A DNA stretch of 64,000 nucleotides. Source: Candidatus Aminicenantes bacterium (GTDB lineage Bacteria > Acidobacteriota > Aminicenantia > Aminicenantales > Aminicenantaceae). The notes under the pieces are model-generated. The model was not told where the DNA came from. It saw only the letters and a list, made by a program, of their open reading frames with translations, and did no database searches. Shown here piece by piece: positions 28,300 to 37,064 of this stretch (position 1 is the stretch's first letter; each line of letters opens with the position of its first letter). The position numbers and the translations under genes were made by a program. Where the stretch lies: assembly GCA_016783445.1 (NCBI GenBank), contig JADHWO010000004.1:11212-75211 (forward strand). The letters are read 5' to 3'.

Positions 28300-29225
28300 T
28301 GGCTTACTTTTAAGATTCCCTGCAGTAATTTGATCTTAATGTCACGAGCAAGGCATACTTCTCCATCAAGCTCCAGCGGTGTAAGAGAAACCGGGTAAAT
28401 ATCAATTCTATCCGTCTTCCAGCTCCTCGTTTTTGGCAGTCCTGAAAATTTAGATCGTGCAAGAGAGAAAATCGTCCTTAATCTGGCCAGGACTCCCATC
28501 TTCTCACAAAGAGCAACACCAAAAAAATCGCTTTGAGGAGAAATATTAAAATCGTAACAGAGATTCCCGCTGATATGAGGATTAATAACAACGCTCAAAC
28601 TGGAAACATCCGTTGAATAGCGTTTATTCCCAATTTTGATCTCTGTTGGAATATTCTTAGCTGAGAATAATGTCTTTAATGCAGAATACCAGATGGTTCC
28701 CTCAACCCACTTGGATTTCATCAATTTTATGATTTTCTCTTTTGAATTGAACAGAAAATTGGCTTGAGCTATAACTCCAATACTGCAATTTATGATGAAA
28801 TACCTTCTCTGCCATTTTCCATTTTCATCCTCAAAATCAACCTGCCCAACATTATGCTGAACAGCATTTTTATAATCCAATTTTAACGGCACTTTACCAT
28901 TATTGTTATTATTTTCAGAGGAAGACTTGTGAAAATCATTGCTCGAACCCAAACCAATAGCTCCCATAATTACTTTCCTGCGTTCCACCTTTCTCATATT
29001 CATTATTTGATTGAGTAAAAAATTAATCGTCCCATCCCCTCCAGCCGACACTAATAATCTTTCTCCTCTGCCATACTCCTGACGCAGGCTCTTGTGGAAT
29101 TCTTCTAAATCAGAAATGAGGATATAATTATTTTTGATATACTTTTTTTCCAGCTCAGGTCTGTACTTTTCCCATTTTTGAAACCCTTTGCCATTATTGG
29201 AATATTTGTTTAATAAAATAAGCAT
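28296..29225 (-). CDS. Diacylglycerol/sphingosine kinase-family lipid kinase
   Basis: Motifs LLNKYS..G, SAGGDGT, GLGSSNDF, YFIINCSIG and ELDGE. Confidence 0.85.
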   Translation of the reverse strand: MLILLNKYSNNGKGFQKWEKYRPELEKKYIKNNYILISDLEEFHKSLRQEYGRGERLLVSAGGDGTINFLLNQIMNMRKVERRKVIMGAIGLGSSNDFHKSSSENNNNNGKVPLKLDYKNAVQHNVGQVDFEDENGKWQRRYFIINCSIGVIAQANFLFNSKEKIIKLMKSKWVEGTIWYSALKTLFSAKNIPTEIKIGNKRYSTDVSSLSVVINPHISGNLCYDFNISPQSDFFGVALCEKMGVLARLRTIFSLARSKFSGLPKTRSWKTDRIDIYPVSLTPLELDGEVCLARDIKIKLLQGILKVSQ

Positions 29226-29229
29226 TGTC

Positions 29230-30285
29230 TCACACCTGCCTTTTTTCTGGTCTAAGTTTTAAAGTCAGTTCAAAGAATAAATAAAAGGCCACAATAAAAA
29301 CCAGCCAATTTATCTTCAGAGTTACAGTTATCGCTGCACAGTAAAGAATAAAAGAACGAACCACATTAGCTATCGCACCGTGAGCTTTGTTTTCATCCCT
29401 GGTTTGATGGATCTTGATCTGGGCATAAAGGTTTACAGCTACTGCTATAAAAAATATGGAAATTCCAAGTATGTTTTGCTCTCTGAACAAAATCAGTACC
29501 CAGCCGGTAAGCACAGCGGCTAAGAGAGCAATAACATCGCTGTATACAGCAGCTGCCTTCCAGCCAAAAACTACAGGAAAAGTCTTATAACCGGTCTTTC
29601 TATCAGCTGAAATATCTTTGAAATAACCCATCACAACAAAATTAGCATAACCGAAAAAAATCGCTAACACTGCTAAAAGGAAGGCCAAAGAATGTAAGTC
29701 TCCCAGCCGAATGATTTCCTTGACTGAATAATCTCTATCTACAAATCTCCCCATAACTGGCAGCAAAGCAACTATCCATGAATTCCAGAATGGCCCACCC
29801 CACCAGGTTCTTTTTAACGGAGTGTAAGTGAGCAAACCTATAACTGCAATAACACCAAAGACTAAAATTACAGGATTTAAATAAACCATGATTAAAATCG
29901 CCAGTGTTAATCCAGCAAGGCTGACACTTAAAACCTGCCAGCGGGAAATTATACCTTTTATCAAGGGACGATATGGGGAGGAGAGAGCATCTGTATCCAT
30001 TTGAAAACAATCTGTAAGAGCCTGTCCTAATCCGTAGGATAAGAACAGAGGGATAAAAGCAAGTGCAATTCTTACATCTCCCAGCTCTTTTATAAAAACA
30101 AGCCCTACCAATCCAGCACTTCCAGAGACAAAAAAAAGATATGGTCTCATTGTTGACCAAAAAGCCTTCCAAAAAGTTAAACTTAAGATATCCGCATACC
30201 GATAATTGGGCATGAAACATCCCCTCAGGAGATTTAATAAAATGAGCCCGGTACTTATTTTTATATTTTTACTTACTGCTAACAT
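29230..30285 (-). CDS. UbiA-family membrane prenyltransferase
   Basis: MRPY, motif 1 QALTDCFQMDTDALSSPYRPLIKG, YTPLKR and motif 2 FKDISADRKTGYKTFPVVFG. About nine TM segments. GGAGG RBS. Confidence 0.85.
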   Translation of the reverse strand: MLAVSKNIKISTGLILLNLLRGCFMPNYRYADILSLTFWKAFWSTMRPYLFFVSGSAGLVGLVFIKELGDVRIALAFIPLFLSYGLGQALTDCFQMDTDALSSPYRPLIKGIISRWQVLSVSLAGLTLAILIMVYLNPVILVFGVIAVIGLLTYTPLKRTWWGGPFWNSWIVALLPVMGRFVDRDYSVKEIIRLGDLHSLAFLLAVLAIFFGYANFVVMGYFKDISADRKTGYKTFPVVFGWKAAAVYSDVIALLAAVLTGWVLILFREQNILGISIFFIAVAVNLYAQIKIHQTRDENKAHGAIANVVRSFILYCAAITVTLKINWLVFIVAFYLFFELTLKLRPEKRQV

Positions 30286-30333
30286 TATGCCTCCTGGAGT
30301 TTATTAATCTTCAATTTCTCCATTTCTATAAAT

Positions 30334-30398
30334 AATCTAACTTCCCCTGGATCTAAAGTTGTCAAAAAGATGTTAAGAGTTTGTTAAAAGTTTGTTAA
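30334..30398 (-). promoter_or_regulatory. Regulon promoter 1: four 11-bp-phased boxes + -10
   Basis: Minus strand TTAACA-N5-TTAACA-N5-TTAACA-N5-TTGACA-N20-TAGATT. Confidence 0.85.
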
Positions 30399-30584
30399 AA
30401 ATGGAAAATTTGTAGGAAAATTAGAGAAAGACAGATATAGCCTTTAATTCTTTTATTGATACAATTAATGAAGAAAATGAGTACATACCCAAATTTGCAG
30501 AGATAGGTCACAATATTTTATTGGGTCTGCCCCCATTTTAATTAACAGGAATAAAACAGGAAGGCTGGAAAAGTGTAAGATTTG

Positions 30585-31268
30585 TTATTTTTGAAATTTA
30601 TAACCGGACCAGGGTATAGTGATAAGATGTGAAGGTTTGGCTGGATTTCCCTCTATTTTTTGCCTTAAATGGTGGATAAAAGTATCAATCGTCCTTGTTG
30701 TGGGGAATTTATCGTAACCCCAGACTTCATTAAGAATTGTCTCCCGGCTTACAACTTCTCCCTCATGGGAAACGAGGAGCTTAAGAAGGCCATACTCTTT
30801 GGCTGTAAGGTAAATGTCTTTTTTTCCTTTTGAGGCGATTTGTTTTTTAAAATTAATGTAAACATTCCCAAAAGAATACTCCTCAACTTCTGGCGCTTCA
30901 GGTTTAGAGCGGCGGAGCACAGCTCTAATCCTGGCAAGAAGTTCTTTTGTCCCAAAAGGTTTTGTGATGTAATCATCCGCTCCAAACTCAAGCCCTAAAA
31001 CTTTATCAATTTCTTCTTTCTTCTCCCCTGTCAGCATGATAATAGGCGTTTTAATTTTTTTTGTCCGCAACCTCTTACAAACTTCCAGTCCATTTAAAGA
31101 AGGGAGTAAAAAATCGAGTATTATCAAATCAACTGTTTCCTGGCTTGCCAGCTGAAATCCCTTCTCTCCATCAGCAGCCGTGATAACTTTAAAACCTTCT
31201 ATTTCCATATAAACTTTTAATGTTTCAAGTAAAACTTTATCATCGTCGATAATTAATATTTTTTTCAT
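30585..31268 (-). CDS. OmpR/PhoB-family response regulator
   Basis: Receiver motifs ILIIDDD, LD and GADDYITKPF. Winged helix LTAKEY..RTIDTFIHHLRQKIE..GYKF. Confidence 0.93.
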   Translation of the reverse strand: MKKILIIDDDKVLLETLKVYMEIEGFKVITAADGEKGFQLASQETVDLIILDFLLPSLNGLEVCKRLRTKKIKTPIIMLTGEKKEEIDKVLGLEFGADDYITKPFGTKELLARIRAVLRRSKPEAPEVEEYSFGNVYINFKKQIASKGKKDIYLTAKEYGLLKLLVSHEGEVVSRETILNEVWGYDKFPTTRTIDTFIHHLRQKIEGNPAKPSHLITIPWSGYKFQK

Positions 31269-33643
31269 GGCTTTGGAAAAATCAGAATAAAAGTGCTGCC
31301 TTTATTGGCTTGACTTTCAACTTTGACCTCCCCCTTATGAGCTTCCATAATGTGTTTGACAATTTTTAATCCCAGGCCTACTCCTTTTGGATTGTGTTGG
31401 CTCGCCTCAGCATGCCGGTAAAACTCCTCGAATATCCTCTTTATATCTCTGGAAGGAATGCCAATCCCCTTATCTTTAACATGAATCTCCGCCAGTTTTT
31501 CTCTCTCGATAAGCTGGATCACGATTTCTCTCTTATCTGACGAATATTTAATAGCATTATCAATAAGATTAGTCAAAGCCTGCTTAACAGCATCCTGGTC
31601 TATCTCTAAAAAAATAGGACCCTCCGCTAAATCAACAGTGAAAACAAATCCATCTGATTCTAACTTTTGTAAAAACAGTTGTGCTACTTCTATAATGATA
31701 GACTGTATTTTAACTTTTTGAAAATTATAAGTTTTTACTTGTTGTTCAATTTTTCCAAAATCAAGGATATTGTGCAGGAATCGGGAAAGTCGGCTGCTTT
31801 CGCTGGCCACAAGGTTTATGAGCTCATCCTGCTTTGTTTTCTCCTTTATCTTCCCTCCCTGAAGAATTTCCGCCAGACCTTGGATGGAACTCATGGGAGT
31901 TCGAAGCTCGTGGGATACAGATGAAATAAACTCAGTTTTAAGGCGGTTAAGCTCATTCAATTTTTCTCTTTCCACTCTTTCATAAATCACTTCTTCCTGA
32001 AGCCTGATCCTTTCAAGGTTTAAAGCCAGTTCCCTGGCCATGGTAAGTAAAAGCTCTATGTCATCCCGGCTGAATTTCTCCCCTGATTTTTTCTTTCCCA
32101 GAGACAATAATCCAGCAAGGTCAGATGACTTAAAAGACAGAGGAAAAATTAACTCAATTTTTTTCTCTTCAAGTTCTTCCTCCAGTGAAAAATCCATATG
32201 TTCTTCCGTACGAACAGCCCTTTTCCTGGCAATTATATTATCTGAATCCATACAAAGAGAAACCAAAAAGTTGAGGTTTTTTTCGCCATTTTTTCCAATT
32301 AAAAGCTTAGGCTTTCCGGACCTCACAGAAAATATGTAGACTCCGATATGTTCTAGAGGCAAGGTGTTTTTCATCTTTTGTAAGAAAAATTCTACAAGCT
32401 GGCCGCGGTTTACCATCTCATAAGCTCTCTCACTGAAACTGAGGATGCTTTTTTTATAGTCAAAACTCATCCGGAAAAATGCCTTATCAACTATCTCTTG
32501 GATTTTCTTCCTCGCAGGATGAAAAACTACTGCAGCCGCAAGAGCCCCAATAACAGATACAGCTGTTTTATTGACAGAAAAGAAATTTGAAAAGATATTT
32601 TGAAAAAGAGCAACGGAAAAGAGATAAATACTGACAGTGAACACAGTTAGTAAAAAATAGACCAAGCTTCGGTTGATGACCAGTTCGACTTCCATCAGTT
32701 TAAACTTCACAATGGAAAAAGCGAACGCAAGAGGTATAAAAATAAAAAACAACAGGGAAAATTCCTCTGTCATCAGAGGTTTATTTCTTATTACCTGGGG
32801 TAATTCATATAAAAGAATAAACGGTCCCAAACCGACAAAAAGACCGTAAAAGATCCATTTTATCTGGGCTCGTTCTTCCTCCATGGCAACTTTTCGATAG
32901 CTGAAAATAAGGAAAAAAACTGCTAAAAGGACAAAGAAAATTAGGTAACAACGAAGAGCATAAAGAACGATTTGGTAGTACTTGTTTATTTCGATCGAAG
33001 ATTTTAAGCTTGACAAGAGAAATAACACCTCAAGAACCCCAGCAAAAATTAGAGCCGGACAGTAAATAAAAAACCTGCTTATCTTGAGTTTTTTCTTTGA
33101 GAAAAAAAGAGAAAAACGAAGTAGAAGAGCAGGTGCCAGAGGATAGAGAATATAGAACAAGATCCCCGGAGCATAAGAGAGCCAGTCTTTCCGCAAACAG
33201 AAAAATCCGCTGTTTATGATAAGGGAAGAAAAGAGTGCCAAAGAAGCCCAATAATAGATGCGAGCCCTTGAATCTTCGGCACGCAGGAAAAAAACTAAAA
33301 TTGCTACGGCAAGGCAGAAGAGAGCTATAAGGAAATAAATTAAGGGATAAGCAGCCTGGGGCCCAGAGTAATATGGAATGATTTGACCCTCTCTTTTTTT
33401 TATTGTGTCATTAACTTTGATATGGAAGGTTACCTGTTCTCCGATTGTTTTCCGGCTAAGCATAAATTCACGGTCTAATTTCCCTTCGGTTTTTACGCCG
33501 TCTATTTGCTCAACAAAACCATAGTCTACTCCCGTAGGAAGAGGAAGGCCGGGGCGCTGACGGAGCAAAAAGAATCCGTAAATACTTATAAGAAAAATGA
33601 CAAAGCCCACAAACAAATAAAAGAAAAACAGGGCTTTTTTCAT
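31265..33643 (-). CDS. Multi-TM sensor histidine kinase (PDZ-like, TM bundle, GAF-like, HisKA, HATPase)
   Basis: Motifs SHELRTP, NLIDNAIKYS, DKGIGI and GVGLGL. Periplasmic QIDGVK...GEQV segment and about nine TM segments. Overlaps the regulator (ATGA). Confidence 0.9.
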   Translation of the reverse strand: MKKALFFFYLFVGFVIFLISIYGFFLLRQRPGLPLPTGVDYGFVEQIDGVKTEGKLDREFMLSRKTIGEQVTFHIKVNDTIKKREGQIIPYYSGPQAAYPLIYFLIALFCLAVAILVFFLRAEDSRARIYYWASLALFSSLIINSGFFCLRKDWLSYAPGILFYILYPLAPALLLRFSLFFSKKKLKISRFFIYCPALIFAGVLEVLFLLSSLKSSIEINKYYQIVLYALRCYLIFFVLLAVFFLIFSYRKVAMEEERAQIKWIFYGLFVGLGPFILLYELPQVIRNKPLMTEEFSLLFFIFIPLAFAFSIVKFKLMEVELVINRSLVYFLLTVFTVSIYLFSVALFQNIFSNFFSVNKTAVSVIGALAAAVVFHPARKKIQEIVDKAFFRMSFDYKKSILSFSERAYEMVNRGQLVEFFLQKMKNTLPLEHIGVYIFSVRSGKPKLLIGKNGEKNLNFLVSLCMDSDNIIARKRAVRTEEHMDFSLEEELEEKKIELIFPLSFKSSDLAGLLSLGKKKSGEKFSRDDIELLLTMARELALNLERIRLQEEVIYERVEREKLNELNRLKTEFISSVSHELRTPMSSIQGLAEILQGGKIKEKTKQDELINLVASESSRLSRFLHNILDFGKIEQQVKTYNFQKVKIQSIIIEVAQLFLQKLESDGFVFTVDLAEGPIFLEIDQDAVKQALTNLIDNAIKYSSDKREIVIQLIEREKLAEIHVKDKGIGIPSRDIKRIFEEFYRHAEASQHNPKGVGLGLKIVKHIMEAHKGEVKVESQANKGSTFILIFPKP

Positions 33644-33754
33644 GCTTTGATATTCCCTTCCTGCTGGGCAAAATATAACACCTTGCTATGTTTATTGTCA
33701 AACAGAGGTCGTTGAGTAATAAATTGGAGCAGTAAAAAAATCTATTCAGGATAA

Positions 33755-33790
33755 AAAATCACATTTTTTACGGAAAATAAATGTGATTTT
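33755..33790. terminator. AT-rich inverted repeat, possible terminator
   Basis: AAAATCACATTT-N12-AAATGTGATTTT, downstream of the 33847 gene. Confidence 0.4.
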
Positions 33791-33846
33791 ATTTTTATTT
33801 TGGGAGGATTTAAAGTAAAAATCTCAGAGTAAATTCTGGTTTGTAT

Positions 33847-34440
33847 CTATCTCGTTATTTTATTCTGTTCTTCTGCAAATTTTATCAGCTCTTTTTCGTA
33901 GGACCTAATGGTTTTGCTCCTTTTAATAGCATCATTGACTAACACTGCACTAAGTACACAAGAGAGTATTCCACCAAAAAGTGACATTCTTCTTGCCACG
34001 GATGTATTTTGCTGTGATCCAACCAGCGCTTCTACGTCTTCCACTTGGTCTGTCCTTTCTGCTTCTTCATAAGTGGCAAACACATAAATAAGAGTACTCC
34101 CCAATCCGAGAAATCCTACTGATGCAATCAGAGATGACGTCTTTTTCTTCTTCTGAATTTTAATCTCTTGTCTGATTGATTCGGGGTCAGAAAACTTCTT
34201 GGTTCCTCTTCTGGCTTGTGCAAGTTCACTCGTTGTTTTTTCAAAGTCAAAAAACGGAGTGTTTATTGTAGCTATTTCATAATTTTTCATTAATGAAAAT
34301 TCTTCATTTAATTTACTGACCGAAAAAGCACTTGACTTTGAAAGTGTCAATTGGTTTGAGGGCATTTCACTCGGGTAAGCATTAATTGACACAAAAAGAA
34401 TAAATATCACAGATATTAGAGTTACTGCCTTTTTTTTCAT
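33847..34440 (-). CDS. Hypothetical exported/membrane protein
   Basis: Signal peptide plus two hydrophobic segments. GAGAGGA RBS and an upstream TTGACA. Confidence 0.65.
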   Translation of the reverse strand: MKKKAVTLISVIFILFVSINAYPSEMPSNQLTLSKSSAFSVSKLNEEFSLMKNYEIATINTPFFDFEKTTSELAQARRGTKKFSDPESIRQEIKIQKKKKTSSLIASVGFLGLGSTLIYVFATYEEAERTDQVEDVEALVGSQQNTSVARRMSLFGGILSCVLSAVLVNDAIKRSKTIRSYEKELIKFAEEQNKITR

Positions 34441-34783
34441 TTGTCCTCTCCACGATGAGTTTTTTTGGATTTCTTGTCCTTTTTGTTTTTCATATCTCTG
34501 TATTTTTTTTGTCTATTTTCTCTTCTATTTAAAAACTACCACAAAATATTATTTTATGTCAACATTTCAAATTTTTTTTAAATTCTCTATTTTAAAAAAT
34601 GCTTAATTTAACTCAATCCCTGGCATTTCTACTCTCTAAGCTTATAATTCATCCCATATAATAAATTAAAGAGTTGATTTGCCTTAACCATCTCTCTTTT
34701 TATAGATATCAAATGGAAGCAGATCACTTTAATTTCTTGCATATATTTGAATCTGCTTAATCTGACAAAATAAAAAAGAAGTC

Positions 34784-35286
34784 GGTTCTCTTCCATTTTG
34801 TGCGGGTAAAACATGTCTTGATAGATCAAAAGTAAGTATTCTGGGATGGATGAAGCGACCTTTGAAGATTTAGCCTCCCTGAATCGCTTTTCGAGGAGGC
34901 CCGACAGAGTCGGGCGGCGAGTATGTTTGAACTCAGGCCACTGGATTCAGAAAACACGCAACTTTTGCCCCAGCTATTCAAATATTTAAATTTTGCGAAG
35001 GCCAGCAGGTAAAAAAAACCGTTTGAAGGCAAAGCGGGCATGGTTCCTCTCCTTGAGGGAGAGGAGAGCGAAGCCTGAAACCGAGCAGCTTTTGCCTCGC
35101 TGGGGCAAAAGCTGCGTGTTTTTGAACCTGCTGACCTGAGCTTTCCTTCAAACGGTTTTTTTCACCCACTGCCCTTCGTTTATGCGTTGAATAGACTGAT
35201 GAAGGGATGGCGTGAAAAATCTGAATGGAAGCGAGACCATTCACGAATACTTACCTATTATTACCCACACAAAATAGAAGAGAACC
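34784..35286. mobile_element. Non-autonomous MITE-like element, copy 2
   Basis: 26-bp TIRs with 2 mismatches. 8-bp TSD AAGAAGTC (34776-34783, 35287-35294). Near-identical to copy 1. Confidence 0.9.
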
Positions 35287-35342
35287 AAGAAGTCAATGAT
35301 CAATGCAGGCTTTTTATTCGAGGATGAGGTTAAATGAAAAAA

Positions 35343-36443
35343 TTATCTCACTTTTAGAAAAGATTCTAGTTTTTCCTTTTTTAGATTAAAAAGTTCGGAT
35401 AGTTTTTCTACAGTGATTATCTTCTTCTGATAAGCTTCAAGAGCTACTCTTTTAAACCGGGAAGAGAAGAGAATCCCTCCTTTCCCTTTTATCAGTTCCT
35501 TCTCCTCAGAAAACTTCCCAAAAAAAGCCTCCCCATGAGTAGATGAGGCAAGCTTCTGGAACTCCTCAAATTTTGTCGGGGAAATGAATTCTAAATCCTT
35601 AAGCACTTGAATTATTGCGAGAGTTCCAACACCAAAATAATTCCTGAGATAAAGAACATCCGCAAAATTTAACTTTTTTTTAAACAGATCTTTGTTAATT
35701 ATTTCTTTAACCTTTGATGGGGGGACTAAAAAACGAAGAACAAATGTCTGGGCAAACTTTTCGCGAGGATGGTAAAGAGATACATACTCATTTATGAATA
35801 TATCCGGATTATCGATAACAGGGCCAATATTTCTATCCTTGAGAAAATGGCAGTATTCATGAGCTGCTGTGAAGATTTGTTGTCCAAGAGACTGGATGCT
35901 GTTTACCAGAGCAAAAGCAGCTCCCTCTATTTCAAAATAGATAAATACACCTGAGATTTTGGATTTCTCCGGAATGGGCTGTCTCACAATATGTAAGCCA
36001 TTAAGTTCAAGCACCGAGAAAACATCCCTGATAGGCCCATTTCCAAATCCAAGCCTGTTTCTTTCTTCATCTGCCATTCTCTCAGCCGATGTGTGTGTGT
36101 AAAGCGGGGCAAGCTCAAGACGGCGTCCGGTCAATTCCTCAAGATTGCTGTACTCTTCACAAAACTTTTTGAACTTCCTCAACTCCCCTCTCGCTTTTTT
36201 ATCCAGGCTCTCTTCCTGAAGAAGCACATTAAAAGCCTCCTCTTTTTCTTTTAAAAAGTAAGAGGCATCTTTTTTAAAGTAATTAGCAAGAGTGGTTAAA
36301 GTGTCAAGGCTTGGCATTCTTTTTCCCAGCTCCAGGAGTGAGATGAATTTGCTTGATAAGCCTACGGCCTTGGCAAGAGCTTCCTGTGTAAGGCCAATAT
36401 CCTCTCTTTCTCTTCTAAGTTTTGTTCCCAGGATTCCAGGCAT
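35343..36443 (-). CDS. XRE-HTH / ImmA-IrrE (peptidase M78) fusion regulator
   Basis: N-terminal LTQEALAKAVGLS..ISLLELGKRMP and the HExxH motif FTAAHEYCH. Upstream promoter TTGACA-N17-TATATT. Confidence 0.88.
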   Translation of the reverse strand: MPGILGTKLRREREDIGLTQEALAKAVGLSSKFISLLELGKRMPSLDTLTTLANYFKKDASYFLKEKEEAFNVLLQEESLDKKARGELRKFKKFCEEYSNLEELTGRRLELAPLYTHTSAERMADEERNRLGFGNGPIRDVFSVLELNGLHIVRQPIPEKSKISGVFIYFEIEGAAFALVNSIQSLGQQIFTAAHEYCHFLKDRNIGPVIDNPDIFINEYVSLYHPREKFAQTFVLRFLVPPSKVKEIINKDLFKKKLNFADVLYLRNYFGVGTLAIIQVLKDLEFISPTKFEEFQKLASSTHGEAFFGKFSEEKELIKGKGGILFSSRFKRVALEAYQKKIITVEKLSELFNLKKEKLESFLKVR

Positions 36444-36574
36444 TTTATACTCCCTTAAGTTCTTGTTTCCATTAAATATAACCCTGAGTTAGATAATTGT
36501 CAACATCCGTCGTTTTTTATGACCTGTAGTTGGAATTTTCTGGGAAACATATTAATTCAAACACATAAACCGAT

Positions 36575-36965
36575 AAATCTCTTCCATTTTGTGTGGGTAA
36601 AACATGTCTTGATAAATATTCTGGGATGGATGAAGCGACCTTTGAAGATTTAGCCTCCCTGAATCGCTCTTCGAGGAAATCCGACAGAGTCGGGCGGCGA
36701 GTATGTTTAAGCTCAGGACAGTGGATTCAGAAAACACGCAACTTTTGCCCCAGCGAGTCAAAAGCTGCTCGGTTTCAGGCTTCGCTCCCCTCTCCATCCC
36801 GGAGAGGAACCATGCCCGCTCTGCCTTCAAACGGTTTTTTCCACCCACTGCCCTTCGCTTATGCGTTTAAAAAATTGATGAAGGGATGGCGTGAAAAATC
36901 TGAAGGGGAGCGAGACCATTCACGAATATTTTCTGATAATTACCTACGCTAAAAGGAAGAAAACT
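36575..36965. mobile_element. MITE-like element, copy 3 (shorter, eroded ends, core in opposite orientation)
   Basis: Homologous to copies 1 and 2. Terminal GG/CC lost and no TSD visible. Segment 36731-36840 is the reverse complement of 35013-35122. Confidence 0.82.
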
Positions 36966-37064
36966 TATACGTTAAATTTTTTGGCTAGACTTTATATGAA
37001 ATCTTCCAATATACTTTAAATATATTTTAAAAATGGCCATTCAAGACTTATTTAAGGAGGCATT

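Noticed and set aside
29735-30220. 161-aa alternative-frame ORF within ubiA, and other long shadow ORFs (12785-13306, 53944-54465, 57878-58342)
   Set aside because: They fully overlap well-supported genes and have no recognisable motifs.
23486-30285. Bacteriochlorophyll synthesis (BchG/BchE-like genes)
   Set aside because: No chelatase, reductase or reaction-centre genes are in the window. The similarity is only at family level and the UbiA motif is altered.
33755-33790. CRP/FNR site (TCACA...TGTGA)
   Set aside because: Half-site order and spacing do not match TGTGA-N6-TCACA.
34784-36965. Composite transposon carrying the XRE-ImmA gene
   Set aside because: Copy 2 has its own TSD on both sides, copy 3 has eroded ends, and no shared outer TSD exists.
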